Source: an uncultured Rikenella sp.
Lineage (GTDB): Bacteria; Bacteroidota; Bacteroidia; Bacteroidales; VadinHA17
Length of the DNA: 64,000 nt
Direction: 5' to 3'
NCBI GenBank assembly: GCA_964579645.1
Contig: CAZOHL010000003.1
Coordinates: forward strand, 1,375-65,374
The position numbers and the translations under genes are program-made. Position 1 is the stretch's first letter; every line of letters begins with the position of its first letter. The notes below the pieces were generated by a model. That model searched no databases, was not told the DNA's origin, and saw nothing but the letters and a program-made list of their open reading frames with translations. This document shows positions 46,111 through 55,688 of this stretch, one piece after another.

Positions 46111-46958
46111 CTGCGCAGTGTTTCCCTGAAGAAATCCGTTGTCCGTTTCCAGGCAAGGTCAGCAGCCTCCTTATTGTACCGTTCGCTTGTATCATTGTTG
46201 AATGCATGCTGTGCACCCTCATATATGAATATCTGGTACTCTATGCCTGCATTTTTGAGAGCTTCTTCGAATGCGGGTATGCCCGAGTTGATTCGCTCGT
46301 CATCACCGGCATAGTGGGCCATCACCTTAGCCTTGATCTTCGGTACGTCCTCAGGTGCCGGAACTGATCCGTAGTAAGGGACAGCTGCGTCGAGGTCAGG
46401 TGAGTTGACTGCAACCTGGTTGGTCATGGCTCCGCCCCAGCAGAAGCCCGTACAACCAACCTTGCCTGATGTTCGGGGATGGGTCTCGAGGTATTTAACA
46501 GCTGCAACGAGGTTTTTAATCGTTTCCCCACGGTCGAGCTGGCCGATCATCTCGCGGCCCTTGTCCTGGTCTTCAGGCGTTCCGCCCAATGGCGAAAGGG
46601 CGTCGGGTGCCAGTGCCACGAATCCTTCCATGGCCATCCTGTTGCTGACGTCACGGATATGCGGGACGAGACCCCTGTTCTCATGGATGACGATCACCCC
46701 TGGATACTTTTCGTTCCCTTCCGGGATCGATATCCAGGCGCGCATGTCGCCGGAGGTTCCCGGATAGGTGATGAATTCGCCCGCCACATTGAGGGCGCTT
46801 TTTCCGGCTGCCCTGGCCGTGGCTCCGGTGCAGCCTGGCAGTATCACCACGGCTGCAGCGGTTCCCCCGGTCACCAGCGCCAGCTTTTTCATGAATTCCC
46901 GCCGGCTTACATTACCGTTGCGGTACTCATCATACAGTTCGACTACTTTCCTCTTCAT
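46107..46958 (-). CDS. Dienelactone hydrolase family protein with Tat-like signal
   Basis: The N-terminus is SRREFMKKLALVTGGTAAAVV. The nucleophile elbow is GFCWGG, and a His region is present near the C-terminus (GAQHAF). Confidence 0.8.
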   Translation of the reverse strand: MKRKVVELYDEYRNGNVSRREFMKKLALVTGGTAAAVVILPGCTGATARAAGKSALNVAGEFITYPGTSGDMRAWISIPEGNEKYPGVIVIHENRGLVPHIRDVSNRMAMEGFVALAPDALSPLGGTPEDQDKGREMIGQLDRGETIKNLVAAVKYLETHPRTSGKVGCTGFCWGGAMTNQVAVNSPDLDAAVPYYGSVPAPEDVPKIKAKVMAHYAGDDERINSGIPAFEEALKNAGIEYQIFIYEGAQHAFNNDTSERYNKEAADLAWKRTTDFFRETLRS

Positions 46959-46997
46959 TGGTTTGGTGCTTTATCTGGGATTGAATCTGAATGTTTC

Positions 46998-48632
46998 CTA
47001 GGACTTGCGCGTCTCTTCCTTGATTCGCTGAATGTGGCCTCGCCCCAGGCCCTTCACCTCGCACCCCAGCTGGAAGTAACGGCGTATCTTGTCATCTGTA
47101 AGTATTCCGAAGCAGTCTATTATTGCTGCAGGCTGGCCTATTGTCTTCACAACTTTGTCGGGGTCAAGACTGAGGTATGCGGAATGGGGCACGGCGAGTA
47201 TGACCGCCTCGGCTCCCTTCAGAGCTTTGTTTAGATTCTGCTCAATGCGTATTTCCTTGAGTTTCTCCTGGTTGCGGAAGAACTGGGCCTTGCTCTGGCC
47301 TTCAGCCGGATATGAGTCCTGCTGCTCGAACTCCCACCAGTGTTCAACGTACGGGTCATGAACGCGTATCTCGGCACCCATCTCGGCCAGTTTGCGGATT
47401 ACTATCTCCGAACCGCTGTAGCGTGTGTCACCCACATCTTCGCGGTAAGCGGCTCCGAGCACCAGAATGTCGGCCGCAGCAATGGGCTTTCCCATGTTGC
47501 GGAGAGCGTCGCGTGTCAGCTGGCCCACATGGAGTCCGCGGGTGTCGTTTATATCTATCGCCATCGGGGTTATCCTGAAGATGTCATCCTCGAAGCCGAG
47601 TATGTGCTTGTAAGCCCATACGCCGAGGCCGCCGTCCTTGGGCAGGCAGTAACCGCCTATCCCGGGTCCCGGGAAGATCATGTTGCTGTGCGTTGGTCTC
47701 ATTTTAATGGCTTTGATCACCTTGACAAGGTCTACACCGTTCCGTTCAGCGAAGAGGCTCCACTCATCGAGGAATGCCAGGATAGTGGCGCGGTAGCTGT
47801 TCTCTACAATCTTCGCTGTCTCAGATTCTATGGGCCTGTCCATCACCGTGAGCGGGAATTTCTCGGTGTTGAGCACTTCGGTAAGGAATTTGACTACCCG
47901 CTTTTTGGCCTCTTCGTTGATGCCGCTGCATACCCTCCAGAAATCGCGGATGCTGGCTACGTAATTACGTCCCGGCATGACCCTTTCATAGCTGTGAGCC
48001 AGGAGCGGATCTGTTTTGATGCCGCGCTTGCTGAAGGCTTTCTTCATTATGGGGTATGCCACCTGCTCGGTGGTGCCCGGTGCCACTGTAGTCTCGATGA
48101 GCACCAGGGCCTCAGCCGGAATGTGTTCTGCAATGACTCCCAGGGAAGCTTCCAGTGCTGCCATGTCTGTTTGACCGGCCCTGACATTGCCGAGCTCCTC
48201 CTTAATATAGTCACACTGTACGTCAACTACCACAACGTCAGCCAGTTTGAGGACATCATAAGTATATGTGGCCATGAGCGTCTTTTTCTCCTTGACGCAC
48301 CTGGCGATCATCGGATCGACTTCGGGGTCTTCGGCCTTGACAGGAGATACGCCGCGGTTGAGCATTGGTATCTTCCAGAAGCTCCGGGCGCTGGGCCTCT
48401 GCATGCCGATCACGAACTTGGAAGGTTTTCCTTTCTTATCGGTTGTGTCAGCAACTATCGCAGCCATCACGGCACCGACAAATCCCACACCCATGACAAC
48501 AACTATTTCGCGGCCCCTGGCGCGTTCCTGCTTTACACGTTTCTTAATGTTTTCAAACTCGGTTTTGTAGTCTTCCGGCTTCGGAAGCGGAAACTTTTCG
48601 CCGTTGGGGCTGATAGAGTACTTTTCGCTCAT
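46998..48632 (-). CDS. UDP-glucose/GDP-mannose dehydrogenase-family nucleotide-sugar dehydrogenase (long form)
   Basis: The Rossmann motif is VMGVGFVGAVMA and the catalytic Cys motif is GIGGYCLPKD. At 544 aa it is longer than typical members as I recall them. Confidence 0.75.
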   Translation of the reverse strand: MSEKYSISPNGEKFPLPKPEDYKTEFENIKKRVKQERARGREIVVVMGVGFVGAVMAAIVADTTDKKGKPSKFVIGMQRPSARSFWKIPMLNRGVSPVKAEDPEVDPMIARCVKEKKTLMATYTYDVLKLADVVVVDVQCDYIKEELGNVRAGQTDMAALEASLGVIAEHIPAEALVLIETTVAPGTTEQVAYPIMKKAFSKRGIKTDPLLAHSYERVMPGRNYVASIRDFWRVCSGINEEAKKRVVKFLTEVLNTEKFPLTVMDRPIESETAKIVENSYRATILAFLDEWSLFAERNGVDLVKVIKAIKMRPTHSNMIFPGPGIGGYCLPKDGGLGVWAYKHILGFEDDIFRITPMAIDINDTRGLHVGQLTRDALRNMGKPIAAADILVLGAAYREDVGDTRYSGSEIVIRKLAEMGAEIRVHDPYVEHWWEFEQQDSYPAEGQSKAQFFRNQEKLKEIRIEQNLNKALKGAEAVILAVPHSAYLSLDPDKVVKTIGQPAAIIDCFGILTDDKIRRYFQLGCEVKGLGRGHIQRIKEETRKS

Positions 48633-48898
48633 ATGATTTTATTTAAGGTGTTTAAATCGGATCATTAAAATTACTAAAAAGAAACCTGATGAAAATTCAT
48701 TCAGTGTTAATGAAACGAAAAAACTCTCATCAGATTATAGAAGAATAACGGGGTTATTGTTTCGGGTCTGCTTTATGGATGTTGCTGACACAATTCATAT
48801 GTCATGTTTTTAATCTGACTTTCATATCTTTGTGGTTGACCGTCAGGATTGAACTGATATTCCGGGCGGTTGTTATAATCAAGTGGAATTTATAGGAA

Positions 48899-49303
48899 TT
48901 GCCAATGAAAAAAGTCATACTGATTCTGTTCCCTGCCGTTATCATAATGGCAGCCTCATGCGGAAAGGACAAACAGTCTGAAAGATTTGAGCTGCTGACC
49001 GCGCATGTGTGGACAAGTGACAGCCTCCTTGCAGGCGGAGTTGATGCAAGCGGTTCAGGGCAGATGCTTGAAAAGTTCAAGGGAGATGTGACGTTCAATG
49101 ACGACGGGACAGGTTCTTTCGGCCAGTATTCAGGTACCTGGATGTTTGCCGACAATGAGACAAGCCTTTCAATCGCTTCCCCGGACCTGCCCTTCCCGTT
49201 GACGACTCACATCGTGGAGCTGAAGACCACTTCGCTGAAAGTCACATTTACTTATCCCGGTGTAACACCGGTTAATGTCAGGATGACATTCAGGCCCAAA
49301 TGA
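48899..49303 (+). CDS. Small lipocalin-like lipoprotein
   Basis: The lipobox is IIMAASC. 134 aa. Its stop overlaps the start of the next gene (ATGA). Confidence 0.45.
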   Translation: MPMKKVILILFPAVIIMAASCGKDKQSERFELLTAHVWTSDSLLAGGVDASGSGQMLEKFKGDVTFNDDGTGSFGQYSGTWMFADNETSLSIASPDLPFPLTTHIVELKTTSLKVTFTYPGVTPVNVRMTFRPK

Positions 49304-51552
49304 CAATTTCCCGCAATTGGCTGGTTCTGGGACTGTTCCTGGTAATAACCCCTGCTGCAGAAGGCCAGGTTATTGTCAGCGGCAGGGTGACTGACAGTCA
49401 GAAAGGTGAGCCTCTTGCAGGAGTATATGTCATCTGGGGAAAAAGTGCCGGAACAAGCACTGACGCTGACGGATCATACTCCTTCGAAGCTCCGCCTGGT
49501 ACACGCGCGGTCGATTTCAGGTACATCGGATACAGATCGCGGACTGAGATCCTGGATGTAAGCGCGGGAGAGAGAATCGTTCTGAACGTGGAGATGGAAC
49601 CGGAGGCTCAGTCGCTTGACCAGGTGGTTGTGAGTGCGGACAGGATGGAGCAGAAGCGGTCTGACCTCACAGTATCAATGGATGTGATTAGATCAGAACG
49701 CCTGTTCAGAAGCCATATAACCGATGCGCAGGAACTTATCACCAAAACACCTGGCATTGAGGTGCTTGATGGTCAGGCATCTATAAGGGGTGGCAGCGGT
49801 TTCAGCTATGGAGTAGGAAGCAGGGTTCTGGCGCTTATTGACGGACTTCCGATGATGTCAGCCGATGCAGGCAATATAAAGTGGCATTTCCTGCCCCTGG
49901 AAAACCTGTCACAGGTTGAAATTATCAAGGGGGCCTCCTCAGTGTTGTACGGCTCGTCAGCACTCAACGGAGTAATAAACTTCAGAACCGCAGATGCCTC
50001 CAATGTCCCTGTTACACAGTTTTATACTGAAGCAGGACTCTTCGGCGCCCCGGCCAGGGAAGAGTGGAAGTGGTGGGATACGCCAAGGTTGTTCGGCAGT
50101 ACCTCATTTTCGCACCTCCGCAAGATCGGCAACACTGACCTTGGCATAGGTTTAAACCTGTCATCCGACAGGGGTTACAGAAAATACAATGATGAGACTC
50201 TTGGCAGGATCAGCATCAGGCTGAAGCATTACAGCAGCAGGGTGGAGGGATTGAGATATGGCATTAACCTTAGCGGAGGGAAGAGTTACAAGACCGACTT
50301 CGTACTTTGGGAGGACGCCCTGGACGGCGGGCTGAAACAGGATACGTCAACTGTATCGAGGCTGCATGGGTACTACTTTGCTGCTGATCCGTTCGTTTCA
50401 CTGGGAAAGCGTGGAAAAGTCAGGCATGATATAAGGCTGAGGTTTCAGGGGTCACAGAACCGGTTTCCCGAAAGAACCAGTAACAACGCCGGTTCTGTTT
50501 CATTATACGGAGAGTACCAGTTCTGGTATAAATTTTCCGATATTATAAGTCTTACCGCCGGTTTCTCCGAAACATGGAGCACTATAAGGTCTGAATTCTT
50601 CGGTGATCACAACGGACTGAACCTGGCTGGCTTCGCACAGGCTGAGGTACATCCGGTCAGCCGCCTGAAGATAACGGGAGGTGTCCGTGTAGAACAGAAT
50701 TTTCTTGATGGTGATCCTGACAGGCTGGTGCCTGTCTTCAGGACAGGGCTGAACTTCCAGGCTGCGAAATATACGTTCCTGCGAGCCTCGTTCGGCCAGG
50801 GATACCGCTACCCTTCAATTGCGGAGAAGCATGCATCAACCACCCTCGGTTCTGTCAGGATTTTCCCCAGTCCTTTCGTCAGGGCTGAATCGGGATGGAG
50901 CTCAGAGGCGGGTGTGATGCAGGGTTTCATGATGGGCAGGATCAGCGGCGAAGGAGATCTTTCGGTGTTCCTCTCCCAGAGCAGCGATATGATTGAATAT
51001 ATCTTCGGCGTGCATCAGGATCCTGGAACCGGAACTTCCGGGCGTGGCTTCAAGGCAATAAACATGGAAAATTCGAGGATATACGGCACTGAGCTGGCAA
51101 TGCTGCTCAGCCGGCCTTTAGGAAAACTGACTGCCACCGTTTCCGGTGGATATACGTTCATTCACCCTGTGGGTCTGAATGCCAATACCGGGCAGAGCAC
51201 CGAAGTCTGGCTCAAGTATCGCAGAAAGCACACTGCAAAGATAGGCATTCTGGCTGCAGCAGAACGTTTTGAGGCAGGTTTGGATTTCTACGCAAGGTCA
51301 AAGACCCTTAACATCGATGATGTCTTTCTCAACCCTTATACCAGGGAGGATATCCTGCCTGGATTTTTCGATTACTGGCAGGAGCACAATCGCGGATATT
51401 TCCTGGTTGATGGCAGCGTGGGCTACAGACTCAGTGAGATGCTTAAGCTTTCGGTGGCTGTAAAGAACATAACAAATACTGAATACATGGGGCGTCCTGG
51501 TGACATACAGCCGATACGCAACTTCAGTCTCAGGCTGGGCGGAAAGTTCTGA
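49300..51552 (+). CDS. TonB-dependent receptor with CarboxypepD_reg domain
   Basis: The N-terminus is VSGRVTDSQKGEPLAGVYV. Plug motifs are IEVLDGQASIRGGSG and SSVLYGSSALNGVINF. The C-terminal beta-barrel ends in ...RLGGKF. Confidence 0.8.
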   Translation: MTISRNWLVLGLFLVITPAAEGQVIVSGRVTDSQKGEPLAGVYVIWGKSAGTSTDADGSYSFEAPPGTRAVDFRYIGYRSRTEILDVSAGERIVLNVEMEPEAQSLDQVVVSADRMEQKRSDLTVSMDVIRSERLFRSHITDAQELITKTPGIEVLDGQASIRGGSGFSYGVGSRVLALIDGLPMMSADAGNIKWHFLPLENLSQVEIIKGASSVLYGSSALNGVINFRTADASNVPVTQFYTEAGLFGAPAREEWKWWDTPRLFGSTSFSHLRKIGNTDLGIGLNLSSDRGYRKYNDETLGRISIRLKHYSSRVEGLRYGINLSGGKSYKTDFVLWEDALDGGLKQDTSTVSRLHGYYFAADPFVSLGKRGKVRHDIRLRFQGSQNRFPERTSNNAGSVSLYGEYQFWYKFSDIISLTAGFSETWSTIRSEFFGDHNGLNLAGFAQAEVHPVSRLKITGGVRVEQNFLDGDPDRLVPVFRTGLNFQAAKYTFLRASFGQGYRYPSIAEKHASTTLGSVRIFPSPFVRAESGWSSEAGVMQGFMMGRISGEGDLSVFLSQSSDMIEYIFGVHQDPGTGTSGRGFKAINMENSRIYGTELAMLLSRPLGKLTATVSGGYTFIHPVGLNANTGQSTEVWLKYRRKHTAKIGILAAAERFEAGLDFYARSKTLNIDDVFLNPYTREDILPGFFDYWQEHNRGYFLVDGSVGYRLSEMLKLSVAVKNITNTEYMGRPGDIQPIRNFSLRLGGKF

Positions 51553-51575
51553 CACTTTTTCGCTAAATTTACCTC

Positions 51576-52352
51576 GTGCACTCTTTACGCTTCATAGCTG
51601 CTGCCGTTGTTCTTTCGGTGATATCGCCGATGATGACATCATTATTCAGCCAAGGGAGCCTTTTACCGGGGTTAGATGGTTATGAGAGCATTCCGTCACT
51701 GACAACCTCGTCTCGGGAACAGGAGACAGACGGCCAACAGGCGGAGGTCATCTGGTCATGGAGCGCTGGAACTGATTTTGTCACCAGTTACATCTGGCGG
51801 GGTACAAGGCAGGGCAGGGGCCCTCATCTTCAGCCGTTCGCCGAATGTTCAGCCGGACCTCTCACCGGAGGGGTATGGAGTACTTTTGACTTTAACGGTT
51901 ACAGGGAAGTTGATCTGTACATCGCAGTTGAGATACCAGGCGGATTCCTGGTCGGCCTGCAGGATTACTGGATGGCTGATCAGCCAATTTCGGACATAAC
52001 TGCTGAGAGCGGCAGTCATGCATTGGAAGCAACAGTTGGTTATGAGTCTGAACATGTAAGCCTTAATGCAAATTACGTGTTGAATGAAGCCGGAGGGGCC
52101 GGATCATATGGCTGTGATTTCTATATCGAGAGCCGTTTTTCATTCGATTACTTCTCGGTCTTCCTGGGAGCCGGAAATGGCTGGCATAGTAACGACGGCA
52201 GTTTCAAGGCCTGTAATGTGGGTATTGAAACAGGATGGGAAATTGACGTGAATGACTCGTTTAGCATTCCTGTCACTGCACAGATGTGCTACAACCCTGA
52301 TACCGGCAGTATGTTCTTTACTGCCGGATTTTCGATTTCAGCCGGCAGATGA
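51576..52352 (+). CDS. Putative outer-membrane beta-barrel protein (TorF/Gcw_chp-like?)
   Basis: It has a GTG start and a signal-like N-terminus. It shows an alternating beta-strand pattern and FVTSYIWRG, reminiscent of the Gcw_chp family. The family assignment is uncertain. Confidence 0.35.
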   Translation: MHSLRFIAAAVVLSVISPMMTSLFSQGSLLPGLDGYESIPSLTTSSREQETDGQQAEVIWSWSAGTDFVTSYIWRGTRQGRGPHLQPFAECSAGPLTGGVWSTFDFNGYREVDLYIAVEIPGGFLVGLQDYWMADQPISDITAESGSHALEATVGYESEHVSLNANYVLNEAGGAGSYGCDFYIESRFSFDYFSVFLGAGNGWHSNDGSFKACNVGIETGWEIDVNDSFSIPVTAQMCYNPDTGSMFFTAGFSISAGR

Positions 52353-52553
52353 CAGTTGCCACGGTTTGACCGGAAACTGTCAGTCTTCTTCATTACTTCT
52401 GAAAAACCGTGATTTTTTCAGAGAACAACTTTGTGGAAGTTAATTTCTATCTTTGGTATAATGATCTGTTTCAGGAATTCCATTACTATGCACTATTAAC
52501 CTCTAAAAAGCTTTCCGGATAAACAAAAACTGTTTCGCAAGAGAATAGTTATA

Positions 52554-53360
52554 ATGTTTGAATTTTCCGAAATACAAAACAACTACTACCTGCTGCCCCT
52601 GATAGGTTTTGTAATCGGAATTTTTGGAACCATACTGGGTGGAGGAGGTGGATTCTTCTTCATTCCAATTCTTACACTGTGGTTCGCAGTGCCGGCTCAG
52701 ACTGCCGTGATGACTTCACTTGTAGCCACATTGCCGATAACACTTGTTGGTTCTGTCAGCCATTACCGCATGAAAAACATTGATGTCAGGGTAGCTGCTG
52801 TATTCATTGCAGGCGGACTGATCGGGGCTGTTGCAGGTGCCAGGATTACAGGCTGGGTAACAGAAGCACAGTTAAAGGTCGCCTTTGGCATCTATTCCAT
52901 CCTGATGGGATTCGGGATTGCGCTGAGATCACGGAAGAAGAAAGAGACCGGCAACCTGGCTGAGGCCCTGAATAAGCATGAAAGCAACCGCATGATTGCA
53001 AAGGGGTCATTTTTCGGGCTGGTTGCGGGGACCATCACGGGTGCATTCGGTACAAGTGGCACAATGCCTGTGATCGCCGGTCTCTATTCAATGAAGATAC
53101 CACTTAAGGTTATTATCGGGACCTCTTTGCTCGTGGTCCTTTTCAACAGCATCTTCGCAATAAGCGCCCACCTGTTTATAGGCAGGGTAGATGTCACACT
53201 TGTCTCTTTCCTTACCGCCGGTTCGGTAATCGGCGCTTTGGGGGGGCCGGGGATTCTTTCCAGGATGAAGATCGGTAATAAGGCAGAATCGACTGCTGCA
53301 TTCTGGTATGCCGCAACGATGATAATTATAGGAATTCTTATGATACTGGGAAGAAACTGA
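52554..53360 (+). CDS. TauE/SafE-family anion (sulfite/sulfonate) exporter
   Basis: 268 aa with about 7-8 TM helices and an internally duplicated G-rich pattern (ILGGGGGFFFIP, GAFGTSGT). Confidence 0.65.
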   Translation: MFEFSEIQNNYYLLPLIGFVIGIFGTILGGGGGFFFIPILTLWFAVPAQTAVMTSLVATLPITLVGSVSHYRMKNIDVRVAAVFIAGGLIGAVAGARITGWVTEAQLKVAFGIYSILMGFGIALRSRKKKETGNLAEALNKHESNRMIAKGSFFGLVAGTITGAFGTSGTMPVIAGLYSMKIPLKVIIGTSLLVVLFNSIFAISAHLFIGRVDVTLVSFLTAGSVIGALGGPGILSRMKIGNKAESTAAFWYAATMIIIGILMILGRN

Positions 53361-53374
53361 GACTGTCAGGAACC

Positions 53375-54097
53375 ATGATCAGGACAATCTACATAATAAT
53401 CTTGATTTACTTTACCTTAGGAGGGGTGGGTTTCTATCTCATCAACAGGAAAAAGACTCCTGAAGCGGCAAGGGAAAGCTATGTCAAATTCGGAACATAT
53501 TTCCTGATCATCAATTTGTTGTTCTTCAGCATTGTAATCGACACTGTCATATTCAGGTTCATTACTGTTCTGATCATTATTGCAGGATTAACCGAACTGT
53601 CAACACTTTTTGCGAGAGCGGCACGGAGTCATGCTTTCTTTTTCATCCGGTCAATATTGATTTACAGCGTTTTCTCCATCCTTTTCTTCATTTTCGGATC
53701 GGGGGCACGGGACGAAATCTTATTCACCTTCCTGGTGCTTTCCATTTTTGACAGTTTCAGCCAGATCACCGGCCAGCTCTGGGGCCATCACAAGCTTATT
53801 CCTGGGATAAGTCCGGGGAAGACATGGGAAGGGCTGCTGGGTGGCTTATTTATATCACTTTTCAGCGCATGGCTGTTAAGAGACCTTGTAAGGGAGACTG
53901 TGCCTGAACTGATTATCTTCACTCTTGGCATCACAGGATTTGCTTTTCTTGGCGATCTGCTGTCATCGTATTACAAACGAAGGTACAAAGTCAAGGATTT
54001 CAATAATTTAATCCCGGGTCATGGAGGTTTCCTCGACAGGTTTGACAGTCTGATTGCAGGAGGTGCGTGGGTTGCTGTTTACTCATTGATAGTATGA
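53375..54097 (+). CDS. Phosphatidate cytidylyltransferase-family protein (CdsA-like, short)
   Basis: The C-terminal signature is SYYKRRYKVKDFNNLIPGHGGFLDRFDS. It also has ISPGKTWEG. Confidence 0.75.
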   Translation: MIRTIYIIILIYFTLGGVGFYLINRKKTPEAARESYVKFGTYFLIINLLFFSIVIDTVIFRFITVLIIIAGLTELSTLFARAARSHAFFFIRSILIYSVFSILFFIFGSGARDEILFTFLVLSIFDSFSQITGQLWGHHKLIPGISPGKTWEGLLGGLFISLFSAWLLRDLVRETVPELIIFTLGITGFAFLGDLLSSYYKRRYKVKDFNNLIPGHGGFLDRFDSLIAGGAWVAVYSLIV

Positions 54098-54115
54098 CAC
54101 TTAGAACAAATTGAT

Positions 54116-54793
54116 ATGGGAAACACAATTATCTTATCGTTTGTTTATCTGGCCGGGATAAGTATGTTATTGATCTTTAACGAATTAGTTTACAGAAAAT
54201 TCAGTCCTGAAGGTGAGGTAACGCGCAAGTTTGCACATTTCTCGTCTGTGCTTGCAACCTTGCCGTTTCCGTACTTTTTCCCTTCGCACTGGTATATCCT
54301 GGTACTTGCGGCATTATTTGCCTCGGTGCTGTTCATTACCAGGAGAGGGAAACTGCTCAGGTCTATTCACGGGATTGAAAGAAAATCGATTGGCAGCTAT
54401 CTTTTGCCCATTGCAATATATGTCACCTTCCTCATTGCCGAGCTGTCAGAAAATAAATTTCTCTTCATTCTTCCCATCCTGATTCTGGCTGTCTGTGATC
54501 CGCTGGCAGCGATTCTGGGCATGAGCAACACCCATTTTAACAGGAGGATCAGCATTGCCGGGATGACCCTGAACAAAACCTGGCTGGGAACCGGCGCGTT
54601 CCTGGTATCCAGTTTCGTGATCAGCATCCTGGCGCTCTATTTTTTCAGGGAGGTATTTGATTTCAAGACATTCTGGCTTGCTGCGCTTGTTGCCGTTGTG
54701 ACTATGTTTGGCGAACTGATAAGCTGGCGGGGCTCGGATAATCTGAGTATCCCGCTGAGTGCCGTGCTTGTACTGGTTTTATTCCTTGAGTGA
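54116..54793 (+). CDS. CTP-dependent polyprenol/phytol/dolichol kinase-like membrane protein (CTP_transf_1 superfamily)
   Basis: It has RKFAHF and CDPLAAILG...NKTWLGTGAF, which follows the D..A...G......KT..G pattern of the family. It is polytopic. Confidence 0.5.
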   Translation: MGNTIILSFVYLAGISMLLIFNELVYRKFSPEGEVTRKFAHFSSVLATLPFPYFFPSHWYILVLAALFASVLFITRRGKLLRSIHGIERKSIGSYLLPIAIYVTFLIAELSENKFLFILPILILAVCDPLAAILGMSNTHFNRRISIAGMTLNKTWLGTGAFLVSSFVISILALYFFREVFDFKTFWLAALVAVVTMFGELISWRGSDNLSIPLSAVLVLVLFLE

Positions 54794-54898
54794 TTGCTGA
54801 CAATACGTACTGAATATCTTAATGTGATTGTCGGCCCGCTAATCTTAAGTCACTGTATTAATGGTCATTGAAAATATCTCGGAAAAAAAAGTAACAAT

Positions 54899-55498
54899 AT
54901 GAAACAGATAATCTACAAGGGAGAGAATATTCTGAACGTGCCGAATCTGATCAGCCTTTACCGGTTCCTGGTATTTCCAGTTATACTTTTTATGGCACTG
55001 ACGGGCCGTGAAAACTGGTTTGTCATCCTGATCTGCATCAGTCTAGTAAGTGATATTTTTGACGGAAATATAGCCCGGATTTTCAAGCTGCAGACAAACT
55101 TCGGTGCAGCGCTCGATAATCTGGCTGACCTATGCACTTATGCCATGGCCCTGTTGGGCATGTTTCTTTTCAGGTGGTCAGAGATAAGACCTCACGCATG
55201 GATTCTGTATATTTTCCTCGGGATTTTCATCCTGAGCTATCTGGTTGCCTTTATCCGTTTCGGCAAGATTCCCGGCCTGCATCTTTATTCGGCTGTGTCA
55301 TGCGGTTATGCACAGGGGATTTTCTTCTTTATTCTGTTTGTTTTCGGCTTTTATCCCTGGCTGTATTACCTGGTGGTTACATGGGGGATTGTGGCATATA
55401 CTGAAAAGATACTGGTGCTCCTGAAGCTGGATGATATTAAAAGAGGGGTAAAGGGATTATACTGGCTTTTAAAAAAGGAAAGGATGACGCCCGACTGA
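54899..55498 (+). CDS. CDP-alcohol phosphatidyltransferase
   Basis: The complete signature is DIFDGNIARIFKLQTNFGAALDNLADL, matching D-G-x2-A-R-x8-G-x3-D-x3-D. Confidence 0.85.
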   Translation: MKQIIYKGENILNVPNLISLYRFLVFPVILFMALTGRENWFVILICISLVSDIFDGNIARIFKLQTNFGAALDNLADLCTYAMALLGMFLFRWSEIRPHAWILYIFLGIFILSYLVAFIRFGKIPGLHLYSAVSCGYAQGIFFFILFVFGFYPWLYYLVVTWGIVAYTEKILVLLKLDDIKRGVKGLYWLLKKERMTPD

Positions 55499-55635
55499 GC
55501 CTTTTCACGGTTCGATGAAGCCGGTTTTTCACCTGTATGCTTCTGGCTCTTCACAGGCGCAGGGGATCGTAAAATCATGTTAAAAAACATTAAAAAAATA
55601 AAATCTTCCCTCTCGGCGTTACTACATGAAACAAG

Positions 55636-55643
55636 TATTTTTG
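55636..55643 (+). promoter_or_regulatory. Candidate -7 box TATTTTTG upstream of the FHA/kinase operon
   Basis: It matches TAnnTTTG and lies 46 nt upstream of the ATG at 55689, in a 190-bp AT-rich gap. Confidence 0.4.
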
Positions 55644-55688
55644 TAATACTTTGCTTTCGGCTCCATTTTACAAGCGATATATTTTTTT

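Noticed and set aside
46479-47234. A 251-aa plus-strand ORF spanning the dienelactone hydrolase and dehydrogenase genes.
   Set aside because: It runs antisense across two well-supported minus-strand genes and their intergenic gap, so it is not credible as a gene.
47340-48668. A 442-aa plus-strand ORF, one of the longest in the track.
   Set aside because: It lies entirely antisense to the nucleotide-sugar dehydrogenase gene, which has clear catalytic motifs. Its translation is low-complexity with no recognisable motifs, so it is a typical shadow ORF.
52409-52431. The hairpin CTGAAAAA-ccgtgat-TTTTTCAG in the 201-bp gap before the TauE gene, considered as a possible riboswitch or sRNA.
   Set aside because: It is an A/T-only 8-bp stem, most simply a weak bidirectional terminator for the upstream beta-barrel gene. 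No conserved riboswitch core is recognisable.
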